From the human T2T-CHM13v2.0 reference genome, Homo sapiens, in assembly GCA_009914755.4 (NCBI GenBank), contig CP086569.2, positions 2,400,001 to 2,464,000 on the forward strand: DNA of 64,000 bases, in the 5' to 3' direction. Shown piece after piece: positions 31,958-48,390 of the stretch (position 1 is the first letter of the stretch; each line of letters starts with the position of its first letter). The notes beneath the pieces were generated by a model. It saw nothing but the letters and a program-made list of their open reading frames with translations, did no database searches and was not told the DNA's origin. The translations under genes and the position numbers were made by a program.

Positions 31958-32934
31958 ATATGGGTAAACTGAGGCACTGAGGATTTGGACGGGGGCAGCC
32001 GGCAGCGGAATCTGAGCTGTCCTGTAGCTCTGTCTGGGAAGACTCCAGTGAGCATCCCGCTCTATCCCAAGCCTTGTCTTCTGAAAATCAGAATCATCCC
32101 TCCTCCAAGTGTTACAGGAAAGGGGTCCGGATCCAGACGCCAAGACGGGGTTCTTGGATCTCGCTCCATAAAGAATTCAGGGCTAGTCTGTAAACTGAAA
32201 ACAAGTTTATTAGGAAAGTAAAGGAATAAAAGAATGGCTATTCCGCAGAGCAGCTCTTAGAGCTACTGCTTGCCCATTTTTATGGTTATTTCTTAGTGAT
32301 ATGCTAAGCAAGGCTTGGATTATTCATGCCTCCCCTTTTTAGACCATGCAGAGTTCCTGACATTGCCGTGGTATTTGTAATTGTCATGGTGCTGGTGGGA
32401 GGGTAACACTGAGGACAACCAGAGGCCACTCTCATCACCATCTGGGTTTTGGTGGGTTCTGGCCGGCTTCTTTACTACCACCTGTTTTATCAGCTAGGTC
32501 TTTATGACCTGTATCTTGTGCAGACCTTCAGTCTCATCCTGTGACTCAGAATGCCTTAATCATCTGGGAATGCAGCCCAGTAGGTTTCAGCCTTCTATTG
32601 CCCAGCCCCTATTCAAGATGGAGTCGCTCTGGTTCCAGTGCCTCTGACACAAGTAGCGCCCCTTAGGGAGGTTACAGGAGGGACTGGAAGGAAAGTGAGG
32701 TCTGGATCAGGGCCCTTCTGTGTAAATAAGATGATGTACATGCAGCAGCTGGGTATGTCCTGGGTAAAAATTAGTTAAATGCACAGACGACCCTGTTTCA
32801 TCCCCAGCCATCACCAGCTGGAAATGGGGCACATTCCCAAGATCCCAAAAACATTCTGCAAGGCTGGTGCGATGATTGCTACGAAGTACTTAAGAAAACA
32901 GATTATTGTTCAGGATCAATAGCTAATGCATGTG

Positions 32935-33055
32935 GGGCTTAATGCCTCTGTGACGGGTTGATGGGTGCAGCAAACCACCATGGCACATGTTTACCTATGT
33001 AACAAACCTGCACGTCCTGCACACGTATCCCGGAACTTAAAATAAAATAAAGAAG
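32935..33055 (+). mobile_element. L1 3'-terminal fragment
   Basis: ggttgatgggtgcagcaaaccaccatggcacatgtttacctatgtaacaaacctgcacgtcctgcacacgtatcccggaacttaaaataaaataaa matches the L1 3' UTR terminus. Confidence 0.8.
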
Positions 33056-34690
33056 ACAGAATATTGTTAATGGTTAATATGCTGTAAATCATTATGATGA
33101 TTACTAAATTATCAATACAAAAGAAGATAATAGCAAGACGGCCATATTCCTAATAGAGGTTGACATTTTAGCAGCCCTACATTTCCACTGTATTTAATTA
33201 GTATTTGCCGTCCAATCCAGAGGGGCATGAAGGAGTACGAGACAAAATCAGGTCTTCTAACAGCTGAGAAGAAGCTGAGAACCAGAAGTGGAAACCCCAA
33301 AGGGCAGTGTATGAAATGTCATTTATTGAGGGGAAAAAAAAGAAAATGACAGAGTTCGATAGAAGAAATAAGCACTAGTGTTTACATAATCAGTAGGGTG
33401 ACTTTAGTTTACAATAATCTATTGTAGACTTCAAAATAGAAGAGTCGGAATGGTTCTAATATGAAGGAAAGACAAATATTTAAGGTGGATGGATATCCCA
33501 AGTAGGCTGATTTGATCTTTACAAATTATATAAATGTATTAAATTATTACATGTACCCTGAAGCTATGTACATCTGTTATGCATCAATTAAAAATAAATT
33601 AAAAGAAAAGGATATATGTCCAGGATATACACCAGCTAAGACAGTCTCTTCCAAGTCTATTGTACATTATTCCCTTATCAGATTTGAAACCTGAGAGTTC
33701 CCTGACCCCCCCTCACAGGATGTGCAACAGGGGTGTGTTTGATCTGTTTGACCGCCACACACTGAAACCTCTTATGGGAGGCAGAACTTGCAGACGGGCA
33801 GGTGCAGCAGCTAGTGTGAGTGTTTTTGAGCTCTGGGCCCCACGGTAGCATCTAGGGATGGGTGCCTGCGACCCCCGAAGCCCTAGTGGGCGTTTTACGG
33901 TGCTCTTTTAGCTCTGCCATCCGCACGTGGCTTAAGTGTTAGCCAGCTCAGTGCCGTCTTGGTACCCGGGTTCTTGTCCAGCATCCAGGAAGAATCAGGT
34001 CACACGAACCAGCTGAAGGATGGTAAATGCAGAAGAGTTTGTTGCCAGATGGAGATGACTCTTAGCGGGATGGTTGGGGAGTTGGAAAGGGGATGGAGTG
34101 GGCAGATGATCTTCCCCTGGAGTTTGGTTGTCCTGCGGCTAATCTCTTCTCCAACCATCCCCAGCTGAACACCTCTCAGTGTTCAGATGTTCCTTCTCTT
34201 CTCTCCTTCTCTGCTGTGCTGCTCTTTGGTTCCTCACCTTTTCTGCTCATCTGTCTGTCTGCACATGGGGTCTGGGGTTTGGGGTTATATGGGTACAGGA
34301 CAGGCAGGCATGGTGGGTCAAAAGGCAACATTTGGGCACAAAAATAGGAATGCCTGTTTCCATTTAGGACTACAGGTTTCCAGGCTTGAGGGCGGGGCCT
34401 TTGCTGGGGAACTGCCCTCTTCTATCTAGTATCTTCAGGCCTCCTGTCCGTATCAACATGACTTAAAATGTGTGTGCATTTGTATAGAGCTGTGTTTCTA
34501 TGTAAAGACTAAAAAAGACTTATGAAAAAGATCACTCAGAGCTCTGAACAGTAGCAAATCATATTTCTGAGTACTTCCTGTTGAGTAAAGGTAAGTGAGG
34601 ATTGTGCCAAGTATTTTTCATTACTTGCTGCATTAGGTTGTCACAGGCTGTTTAGTTTACTTCTAAAAATTGGGATATGGGGAAGTTGTG

Positions 34691-35008
34691 GGCCGGGCAC
34701 AGTGGCTCATGTTTGTAATCCCAGCAGTTTGGGAGGCCGAGTTGGGCAGATCACTTGAGGTCAGGAGTTTGAGACCAGCCTGGCCAACATGGCAGAACGC
34801 TGTTTCTACTAAAAATACAAAAATTAGCCAGGCATGGTGGGGGGTGTCTGTAATCCCAGCTATTCAGGAGGCTGAGACAGGAGAATCGCTTGAACCCAGG
34901 AGGCGGAGGTTGCAATCAGCTGAGATCATACCACTGCACTCCAGCCTGGGTGACAGAGTAAGACTCCATCTCAAAAAAAAAAAAAAAAAAGGAAAAAAAA
35001 GTTATGAT
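34691..35008 (+). mobile_element. Alu
   Basis: ggccgggcacagtggctcatgtttgtaatcccagcagtttgggaggccgagttgggcagatcacttgaggtcaggagtttgagaccagcctggcc ... + A20. Confidence 0.9.
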
Positions 35009-35811
35009 GATCGCCTAAGGTGAGAAGCCATACCACGCCAGCGTACAGAACCCCAAACCACGCCAGCCTCATCCTACGTCTCAGTTATATTTTTCTTGAC
35101 TTGCTTCCATTCCGGTGCCCCCTCTCTCCCTGCCCCCTCCTTCCCTGCAAAGGATCTAGCAAATTTGTAGGTGTGGAAAGGGAACCACAAATGGGTCATT
35201 TCCCTGCCATTGTCACCTGGAGCGTGTAGCCATTTCGTGCAGTGATTCTCTGTCTTTGATGTGCAGGTCATCACCTTGAAGGGAGGAGGTATTAAAAGCG
35301 CCACCCAGTCCCCACCCACTGAGGTCTTTATTCAGCAGGTGTGGGTCAGGCATTTGGGAGCTGGGAGACCTGCATTTTAAGAAGCACCCCAGGTGATGCC
35401 CAAGCGGAGCTATGTGCTTCTTTTAAGAGATGATGACTCCGTGTGCAACCGTGTGGTTACCTTTGCGTGGAGTCTCATGGATCACTGCCACAGTGGGGAG
35501 GCAGCTCTGTGCTCTCCAATTCGGTGATGTGTCATTCACTCTATGCAGGCCCAAGGTGACACCCCCAGATACAGGTGCTGCCATCCAGCCATTCTCAACC
35601 AGGGATCATGTTTATCCACAGGGACACTTGTCGATATCTTGAGGCTTTGCGTTGCCACACTGATAGCAGGGATGCTGCTGGCATCTAGTGGGTGGAGCCC
35701 AGGGATGCTGGTCAACACCCTGCAGTGCACAGGACGCCCCACAGAAAAGAATGATCCAACCTCATATGTCAGTAGGACTGAGGCTGAGGAATCTTGCCTT
35801 AGCATGAGAGA

Positions 35812-36090
35812 TCCTGTCTGTCTGTCTGCCTATCTCTAGATCTATCTATCGTCTACCATTATCCATCGACCTATCTGTCTCTATTATATACACCTATCAT
35901 CTACCTAATCTATCTGTCAATGATTTTCTGTCATCTATTATCTATCTATTTATCTATCTATCTTTCTACCTACTTCTCTATCCAACTCTCATCTCTATTA
36001 CCTATCTATGTATCTATGTATCTATCTATGTATCTATCCATCCATCTATCAATCTATCTATTTATCTAGCAGTCCATCATCTATCTATGA
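35812..36090. repeat. Degenerate compound tetranucleotide STR (TATC/TCTA/TCTG)n of about 280 bp
   Basis: tctgtctgtctgcctatctctagatctatctatcgtcta ... tctatctatttatctatctatctttcta ... tatctatgtatctatctatgtatctatccatccatctatcaatctatctatttatcta. Confidence 0.85.
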
Positions 36091-36365
36091 CATTCTTCTG
36101 CTACCCTGGGATAACTGTGTTCCTCAAGTAACACTTGGCAATGTCTGGAAACAATTTTGGTAGTTGCACTGGGATGGGTGTTCTCGCATTCGGTGGGTGG
36201 AGACAAGGCATGTTGTTCAACACCTTACAGTGCACAGGACAGCACCCATGACAGAGAGTTACGCAGCCCCAAGTGTCATTAGTGCTGTAGTGGAGAACCT
36301 GCTGTTAGTTATAACTTCTAACCCTGCGAAAGGGGACAGGTTGGAAATGTCATGCTCCTGTACGC

Positions 36366-36450
36366 TGTAGGAGGTATAGTTGTCTGGAGGTATAGTTGTC
36401 TGGAGGTATAGTTGTCCTGTACAGTATAGGAGGTACGGTATAGTTGTCTG
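36366..36450. repeat. Tandem repeat of about 20 bp (ggaggtatagttgtctg)n, about 4 copies
   Basis: gtaggaggtatagttgtctggaggtatagttgtctggaggtatagttgtcctgtacagtataggaggtacggtatagttgtctgg. Confidence 0.8.
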
Positions 36451-36859
36451 GGCATTTCTAAATGGATCTTACTGTCAGAATGCACTTGTAGGATCTTTTC
36501 CCCATAGGGCATAGAGCCATGGCACATATAACCCAGAAGCTGAGCATTCCATAGTTTCCTTCTTGGAGTAGGAAGGGGCTGTGCAGAAAAAGTCTATGGC
36601 TGTTTGGCACCTGAGTGTGAAGACATCTGGCAAATATTGGAGCCAATTAGCAGACAAGCACGGAGTCCAAGAAATGTCTCCCCTTTCTTGGATAACAACT
36701 GACCCTTCCTGTGAGGGCCCCCCTCATTCCAGCCATTTTCCTCTTTCTCATTGGCACACAGGGGGTAGAAAAGTGGGGTTCTGCCTGCAGGTGGGGCTCT
36801 GCCAGACACGGCAAAGCTCCTGGGGATTCCCCCGATGGATCAGGGGCCAGAGGCACCTA

Positions 36860-37186
<327 letters not shown>

Positions 37187-37394
37187 TAAGGAAGAGTATT
37201 ATTGAGAGCGTAGGCCAGGCGCGTGATGTTGCTGAGATGAAACTGTCTCTCTAGATTCCCAAACCCTGGTTATCTCCACTGAACCAGGCTGTCCAATGGC
37301 ATCCCCATTGTAATTGACCATGTTCCATGGTTTAAATCTGTTGTGAGCCAAATTGTACCCTCCTCAATTTTACAAATGGAAGTCCTAACCTGCA

Positions 37395-38935
<1,541 letters not shown>

Positions 38936-40013
38936 TCTGTCCTGCAAAGTGAGATCCATGGATCTGCAGCCTTGACATCCCCTGGGAGCTGATGAGAAAC
39001 ACTGTGTCTTGGGCCCAGACAGACCTGCTGAAGCATAGTCTGTGTGTCACCCATGTCCTGAGGGATCCGTGTGCATGCCACTCTGGGAAGACGGGTTTAT
39101 AACACACCGTCAACCAGTGCCTCATTGCATGGTCTGCGGTATTTTCCTCGAGTTTTCCTTGCACCAAAGATGTCTTGCTTTTTGTGATGAATGATCATTC
39201 CTTCCTCTTCGACGACAAAATACTTCGATCTCTGCAGACACCGTCTGTTGGGTTACAGACAGACACTGAGGCCTGAATTCTCATTACCAATGTCTGCTCT
39301 AATAGAGCTTCAATCTGCAACTGCATAATATGGTCACTGGGAAGTCAAGAACGGGGCCAGTTGGTTGACCTTCTGGGGAGAGGCTGGGCTGCTTGGATGC
39401 TGAGACCGTGGAGGGTTCATGGGTTCCGAGGAGCAGATCATGCACCAGGGCGGCCTGCTCAGCTCTGGTGTCTGCAGCCCCGGTGAGCTTGAGCATTAGG
39501 GAGTCCCTGGATATTCATGTTGAGGTGTGGAGGAGGAGACTCCAGCTGTGTTTGATTTCCTGTCCTGCTGGAAATATAAACTTCTTAACCAATTAGAGAA
39601 CAGAATGGATTTCATCTTATCCATGGGGCTAAAGTAGAATTCAGCCCTTGGCAAACAAGCCCCCCGGGAATAAGATTCCCCATTGGGGCAGCAGCCTTCC
39701 TTGTCACTTTCTGTTGCAACCTGCGGTCCTAACCTAGTCATATGATTTAATTTTTTTTACTCTGTGAATCATGCCGTCCTGGGAGAGAGTGAGATGGAGC
39801 AAGGACAACCCTCTTAGGGGCCTGCCAGGCACTCTCCCTAGCATGGAAATAAAGGAAAACCTTGAGTTCCTTCAAGGGAAATTCCAGGCACCTCGCTGGC
39901 CTTGAGAAGTACATGGAGCAGCTTGATAAGCAAGAAGGTGATTGTAGTGTAGAACAATAGCCAAGGAAGTTAGAGCCTCAATATGTTTAGTTTCCTGTAA
40001 AGACTAAAGATAA

Positions 40014-40310
<297 letters not shown>

Positions 40311-40559
40311 TAACATCTTACTATATGGCCCTGAGTTGATTTTCAGGAACCCAGACCCCCACCAAATAAAAAATGCCATCTGCTGGCTCATAGACGTTGG
40401 GTAAGAGAAACTGAGGCCTGAATTCTCATTACAAATGTTTGTTCTAAATTCCTTCCCTGGGGCATGTGGCGGTGGGAGGGGGGTGGAAGGGGGGTGAGGG
40501 GAGGTGCTGGAGGAAGTCACACCAATGGCCACAACTAACATTGATTTCTGCTGACCCCA

Positions 40560-41440
40560 AATGCTCAGACAAACTTGGCCTCCTTAACCAATGACAAATC
40601 AGAGAAACTTTGAATCCACATTAAGCCCCTGCTTCCAGGTATCCCGCCTTTTTAGATCAAAGCAATGTATAGCCTGCATGTATTATGGCTTTGCCTGTAA
40701 CCTCTGCCTCCTTGCCATTGAAAACCCTCAGCTACTGGCCACCCAGGAGGTTGGGTCTTGAGGCATCAAGGAGGTTGCTTGATGCCCTCTAAATAGCTCG
40801 GAATAAACGCCTCACTTCCTCACGCTGCAATCCCAATGGCGGTGTTCGGCTTTACTGCACAGGGCCGGTGGACCTAAGTTGAGGTAGTGGGAGGTGTTCG
40901 AACCAGGGCAACTCCAGGTTGAGTAGGGGCTGTGTAAAATGAGGCCGAGAGCTGCCGGGCTGCATTCCCAGATGGTCAAGGCATTCTAAGGCACAGGATG
41001 AGATAGGAGGTTGACACAAGAAACAAGTCATAAAGACCTTGCTGATGAAACAGCTTGCCGTAAAGAAGTCGGCCAAATTTTACCAAATCCAAGATGGCGA
41101 CGAGAGTGACCTCGGGTGGTCCTCACTGGTGTCTTCCCACCAGCACCATGACAGTTTACAAATGCCACGGCAATGTCAGGAAGTTACCCTATATGGTCTA
41201 AAAAGAGGAGGCATGAATGGGCCACTCCTTGTTTAGCATATCCTCAAGAAAGAACCATACAAATGGGCAACCAGTGGCCCTCGGGGCTGCTCCGTCTATG
41301 GAGGAGCCATTCTTTATTCCTCTGCTTTTCTAATAAACTTGCTTTCATTTTATGGACTCGCCGCAAATTCTTTCTTGTGCAAGGTCCAAGAACCCTGTCC
41401 TGGGGTCTGATTCCAGACCTCTTTCCGGTCACAAGTTCAG
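40560..41440 (+). mobile_element. Possible solo retroviral LTR (ERV class I-like); low-confidence family call
   Basis: Non-Alu repeat-like sequence holding an LTR-style R/U5 signature: ...ctctgcttttctaataaacttgctttcattttatggactcgccgcaaattctttcttgtgcaaggtccaagaaccctgtcctggggtctga.... The call is by general resemblance only. Confidence 0.3.
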
Positions 41441-41751
41441 TCACAAGAACCATTATCATATGCTTTCTATATATACACATAGGTATTTTTTAATTGCTGA
41501 ACTGGAGTCAAAGAGAAACCTTAGGATTTGCCTGAAGGAAGTCAAGATTTGTCCTTCTCGGGGTCCCTGTGCCAGCTTTGTAAAACCTCGGAACTTTCCC
41601 CTCTGTGGGCTTCCTCAAGCTGAGGAGGGCTCTATGGGCTTAGTACCCACTAAGTGGCTTCATCTGCAGCAGCTGACCCAAGAAAGTTGATTTAAATGAA
41701 CCCACACTTCAGAGGAAACCAGTACAATCCGATGTAAAGAAATAAAAAATA

Positions 41752-42060
41752 GGCCGGGGGCGGTGGCTCATGCCTGTAATTACAGCACTTTGGGAGGCCG
41801 AGGCGGGTGAATCACTTCATGCCAGGAGTTCAAGACCATCCTGGCCAACATGGTGAAACCCCGTCATTACTAAAAACACAAAAATTACCTGGGCGTAGTG
41901 GCATGCACCTGTAGTCCCAGCTACTCAGGAGACTGAGGCACTAGAAGCGCTCGAACCAGGGAGGCAGGGGTTGTAGTGAGCCGAGAGTGCGCCATTGCAC
42001 TGCAGCCTGGGCAACATAGTGAGATTCTTTATCCAAAAAAAAAAAAAAAAAAAAAAAAAA
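41752..42060 (+). mobile_element. Alu with an A26 tail
   Basis: ggccgggggcggtggctcatgcctgtaattacagcactttgggaggccgaggcgggtgaatcacttcatgccaggagttcaagaccatcctggcc ... Confidence 0.9.
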
Positions 42061-42405
42061 GGCTAGGCACGGCGGCTCATGCCTGTAATCTCCGCACTTT
42101 GGGAGGCCAAGGTGGGTGGATCACGAGGTCAGGAGTTTGAGACCAGGCTGGCCAACATGGTGAAACCCCATCTCTACTAAAAATAAAAAAAATTGGTTGG
42201 GCATAGTAGGGGGCGCCTGTAATCCCAGCTACTCAGGAGGCTGAGGCAGGCAGGAGAATCAATTGAACCTGGGGGGCAGAGGTTGCAGTGAACAGAGATT
42301 GCGCCATTGCACTGCAGCCTGGGCAACATAGTGAGGTTCTGTATGAGAGAAAGAGAGAAAGAGGGAGGGAGGGAAGGAAGGAAGGAAGGAAGGAAGGAAG
42401 GAAAC
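42061..42405 (+). mobile_element. Alu directly abutting the previous one, with the tail expanded into a (GA)n(GGAA)n microsatellite (42346-42405)
   Basis: ggctaggcacggcggctcatgcctgtaatctccgcactttgggaggccaaggtgggtggatcacgaggtcaggagtttgagaccaggctggcc ... gagagaaagagagaaagagggagggagggaaggaaggaaggaaggaaggaaggaaggaaa. Confidence 0.9.
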
Positions 42406-43080
42406 AATTGCTTGAAAGGGCTTTGTTTCACCAGGGCACGCAGATCAAAGGACATTGGATTGAATAATGAAACAGAAGAGCCTGTCTGAATTTACTAATG
42501 TGGTTGCACGTCCCGTAATGATTGCAGTTGGCTCTAATTCAGTTCCGTGGTGTATAAATTCTGCTGGCAATAGCTGTAATTGGGGTCAGGGATTTAGATA
42601 GTCTCTGTGTGTTCCTTTTCATTTTCTGCTCAGAGCCTGCTGGGAGCTGATTTTCTTCTTTAAAGCGAGGTAAATAATTCAGTGGGGAGCAGAGGTTTTG
42701 CTGTGGGTCCATTGCTCTCCTGTGCTGCGTGGCAGCTGTGCTGGTGGCAGCTAATATTCAGTGGGCAGTGGCCTCGACATTGCATTATTATTCGAGCAAT
42801 GGTACTGTTCTTTGCTTTGCAAAATTGCTGTTTGTTATATTGACTTTCTGGGGTCGTGGCCCCTGAAGCATTACTGAAAATCATGGACATGAAGCAGATT
42901 TATTAACTGGAGAAAAGACATACAAATGTATTTAATGTGTATACACGGGAGCATTCAGAATGAAGACCCCAAGTTACAAGGGGAGATTGTCTATATTTAT
43001 GCTTTGGTTCATCCAAGTCTGGACAGCTGTGTAGAAATAGGGTTGGACAAAAAGGGCCTGATCCAATGCTAATGGCCTGA

Positions 43081-43851
<771 letters not shown>

Positions 43852-45472
43852 TGTGCCACTCTTTATACAGATAGGATAGAGGGAAAGTTAGATTCCTGTT
43901 TTTAGGTTTTATGGCTGGCTTCGGGGGGAAAGGCGTTCTTGTTTCTGGGACCCGTCTTGGGGAAGAGGGATTCTAGTTCCTTCGGTGCCTTAGGGGAGAA
44001 TGGGACTCAGAGACATGGGGGCTGGAGAAGTTCCGAGAGAAACTTCTGCTTCTGAGGCTGCTGCTGAGGCCTGCACTTGGCGGTATTGTTTCGTAAGCCT
44101 GAACCACGTGCAGGTCTGAATCAACATAAAGAATTTGGGTGGGAGGCAGGGGAACTCCAATAAGAAGCATCTTTGAATCCGGCAGGGGTGGAATTTGGGT
44201 CCCAGAGGGGTTTGGTGACTGCAGGCTACAGAAGAATGCTTCAAAGTGCTGTATCACATGGCTTTGCTCCGAAGGGTCCCGAGCACAGCTTTACCGGGGG
44301 CTCATGTGTAACGCTCGGCCCACCCATCCACCAACAGGAGCCACTTAATCGACATCTCCAGGATGCCAGCAACCGAGGACCGTTGTCATAGTCCCAGCAC
44401 AAAATGAGGCTGCTTTCTTCTTGGGGGTTTAGGGATCCCAGACCACAAGGATTTGATTAAAAGCCGCTCAGTTCACTAACTATAAGCAAAGCAAATCAGA
44501 AATAGATCTCCTGTTCCTGCCCCGTCTTATGTTCCCAGTGGAAAATAAACCCCGTGAAAGCAATGGCGTCATGTGCAACCCGACCTTGGAGACAGAGACC
44601 CCAGAGTTAGCGTTGTCTACCTGGGACATCTCCCAGCCCAGGGGTCTTACTCCAGACCCGTGAGGACCCCAGGCGTGGCTTTGCTGCAACTTCCCTGGAG
44701 AGGAGAGAGGACAGGGGGCCCTGCCTGGGAGATAGATTTGCTGCCTGGCATGCGGGACTGGAGACTGTCTCAGTGCCCAGGCCGTCTGATGCTGGCCGGA
44801 GTCCGCCTGGTTTATGTAACGAGGTCTGGATGTGACCAACAACGGCCTCGTGTGTGTGAGTCACGCGTGCAGCAACTTCTGGCTGTAGTGCAACCCCTGA
44901 AACCAAGCAAAGCCTAAAGCCCCCAGGCTCCACTTCCTCTGTGACCCTCCCCACCCCCAATTCCTGTCATCTCTCAGGGTCATCCGGAGCATCTCAAAGC
45001 TGAAGGAGCCTCCGCTGCAACCTGGCCTCCTGCTGCAGGATGAGACGAGCTGTCTGCAGCCCTCCCGTGCCACCTGCCTGTTTTATGCAACAGCATTTCA
45101 GAGAGGAGGGACTGGGAGGGGAGAGACAACACCGAGGCCTTTGGTTATTTAGGGCAACAGCAGGGAGTGGCCGGGTGCACAGATTGGAGGAGATTAAGTG
45201 GTTGCTGAGGGGATGCCTGGGATTGCTGGGATGGGCGGAGACATAACACAGTGAAAGATATTGGTCAACGGCGAACACAGATTGGAATGTAAATTCTCAG
45301 GGTGTGTGCATAGCCGGGACGCTTAACTTTGGCGTCCTGGACAGGTGTCTCGACTGGAACTGCTGGCAGCCTTGGAGGGGAGATGTTGCACAGATCCAAG
45401 AGGCTGACACGGTTCCTGTCCCCCAGCCCAGTCTGAGCAGCTTGGACCATGATGATCAAGAGCGCTGGAGGA

Positions 45473-45790
45473 GGCCAGGTGCGGTGGCTCACGCCTGTAA
45501 TCCCAGCACTTTGGGAGGCCAAGGCAGGTGGGTCACTTGAGGTCAGGAGTTCGAGACCAGCCTGGCCAACATGGTGAAACCCTGTCTCTACTGAAAATAC
45601 AAAAGTTAGCTGGGCGTGATGGCATGCACCTGTAATCCCAGTTACTCAGACGGCTGAGGCACAAGAATCGTTTGAACCCAGGAGGTGGGAGTTGCAGTGG
45701 GCTGAGATTGTGCCACTGCACTCCAGCCTAGGCGACAGAGAGAGACGCCATCTAAAAACAAAACAAACAAAAAGAAAACAACAATAAAGA
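45473..45790 (+). mobile_element. Alu
   Basis: ggccaggtgcggtggctcacgcctgtaatcccagcactttgggaggccaaggcaggtgggtcacttgaggtcaggagttcgagaccagcctggcc ... ccatctaaaaacaaaacaaacaaaaag. Confidence 0.9.
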
Positions 45791-47129
45791 AAAAATAAGA
45801 AGAGAGCTGGATGGAGCAAAGATTTGCTGGGTTGTTCTTAAAGGCGAGCCTGTAGTGATCGCTGGTAACAGAGAACGTCATCTGAGAGGGACGTGGGGGC
45901 TCCCAGAGTTTGAGAGAAACGGCCGTGTGGGATTTGACCTGTGATGGCACCGCCAGCTCCCAGCCTCCAGTCTGGGCCCAGGGGCAGCTGCTGTGTGCAC
46001 CCTGGGCTCAGAGTTCCCCTTCCCTCCAAGGTTTGTGACTTTGTCCTGACTTAGGGATTCCTGTCTGGGGATGCGTCTTCTGCTCCGGAGAGGCCCTAAT
46101 TGCCTCCACAAGGAGCGGCAAAGCCTGCCCGGGTGGCATCTGACTGGAGCCATGCCACAGCCTATACGAATCTATGTTGGAGCCCTTGAACCTTCCCCCA
46201 GAGCAAGCGTCACCGAGGCAGACCGATTTTTGGGAGGGAGACAGACATCAGAGCGGGGGAGACCCAGTACCTAGGGCTCACCTGGTTCCCCCAGGCTTAG
46301 CCTCCTCCAGGGCTTAGTGTTTGAGTGAGAGATTGTCCCCCCTGGACAATTCTGTAGATTCTGACTCTGCTCCTGCCTTGCCCTGAACTTCCCAGAACCT
46401 CAGTTTCTTCCTTTGGGAAATATGCATGCTGGTCATACCAACATCCTTGGGTGGGCAGATGAGACTCTTGGGTGCCTGGCATTACTGCAACAGAACTCAA
46501 TGCATAGTAAGTGCTGACTCAATGTGCTCCTGGCTGCATCCTCTACTTCCTGATAAATTCTCTGGTGGTGTTTTCTCTACAAGGCTAGTACTGGCAGGGG
46601 CAAGTGAGGAACAAGATCAAGGTGTGCATATATGTCAGCAAGAGGGACCCTTCACCCTCACAAATTCTGCAGTGTGTTTTTAATGATGTGTCCCAAAGAT
46701 GTGAATGTTCTCTTCTCTCTGCTGCAGACACATTCATTAGATTAACTGCTTTTGGATCAGGTAGGAACCTCAGCTTGTCCACACAGGTTGCTTCCTGACC
46801 CTGTATTTGTCAGTGTAGGCTAGCTGCTATAACAAACAGCCCCCAAAGAATTAAAAGTTTATCTCTTGTTTGTGTTGCAGCCAGGTGAGGTGGCAAAGGT
46901 GTCCTATGCTCCATATAGTCTCTCAGGCATCCAGGACCCTCACATTGTTGTGCTTCACCTTCTTCTAGGGCAGCCCCTCTCAACCTAGACTCTGTGCGTG
47001 TGTGGAGGGGTGGGGGGGGCGTTGGGGGGCGGGGATATGCCTGTCCTAAGCTGTGAGTGGGACAGTCCAGGAGAGAAGTCTATGTGCTTGGAGAGAGGCT
47101 TCCTTCAAAGTTTCCTGGCCATGAGCAGG

Positions 47130-47510
47130 AATGAAGCTCTGACACAGGTTGCAACGTGAACGCAACTCAAGAGCATCATGCTCAATGAAAGAAGCCAGGC
47201 ACAAAATACCACATATTGTAGAATTCTATTTATAAGAAATTTGCAGAACAGACAATTCATGGAGACAGAAAGTGGATAGTGGTTGTCAGGGGCTGGGGAG
47301 GCGGGAGGGGAACTAACTGCTGAATGGGGACAGGGGTCTTCTTTTGGGTGATGAGTATGCTCTGGGACTAGGTGGAGGTGGTGGTTGCATCTCCCATGTA
47401 GCTCATGGTCAGGTTAGTTTTAGTGCTCTGGGCGACCCTAGGCTTGCAGGAGGAGGGGAGCAGCATGAGGTGAGGAACAAGGGGGATTCTGGCCTTTCCA
47501 TCATGGGGTG
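47130..47510 (+). mobile_element. L1 3'-end fragment (older L1M/L1P-type 3' UTR)
   Basis: ...aagccaggcacaaaataccacatattgtagaattctatttataagaaatttgcagaacagacaattcatggagacagaaagtggatagtggttgtcaggggctggggaggcgggaggggaactaactgctgaatggggacaggg ... ggtggtggttgcatctcccatgtagc. This pattern is typical of L1 3' ends. Confidence 0.7.
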
Positions 47511-47536
47511 ACTTATGCCCTGTTTGCTCCCAATAG

Positions 47537-47578
47537 GTCAAAGAGACTTTGATTTGGCAGATGCCCTTGATGACCCTG
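47537..47578 (+). CDS. XG: XG exon 2 encoding (G)QRDFDLADALDDP
   Basis: Acceptor tgtttgctcccaatag|gt and donor cctg|gtaagtg. In phase with exon 1 (g|gt = Gly) and matches XG residues 21-34, GQRDFDLADALDDP. Confidence 0.9.
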
Positions 47579-47821
47579 GTAAGTGCCGATATTTCAAGGG
47601 GAGCCTTCCCTTTTCAGCTTGGATCTAACAGCATCAGCTGTATAGTTACTTTGGGGTTGGATTGGGCCAGTGTTGGGAATTTCTTGGTCTTGAGATCTCT
47701 GTTCTTTGCAGGAGATTGCAGACACCTTGAGACAAACCTTTACACACTCTCTAAAAGTCTCAGACTCATTTCTTGGTAGGTCTGTGCTTCTAAACCTGTG
47801 GTTTAGGAATATGCTAGTATT

Positions 47822-48390
<569 letters not shown>

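Noticed and set aside
44573-45278. Overlapping 114-aa (+), 117-aa (-) and 94-aa (-) ORFs in a GC-rich stretch
   Set aside because: The open frames on both strands reflect the high GC content. There is no start context, no splice-compatible structure and no recognisable domain. The stretch is kept only as a possible regulatory element.
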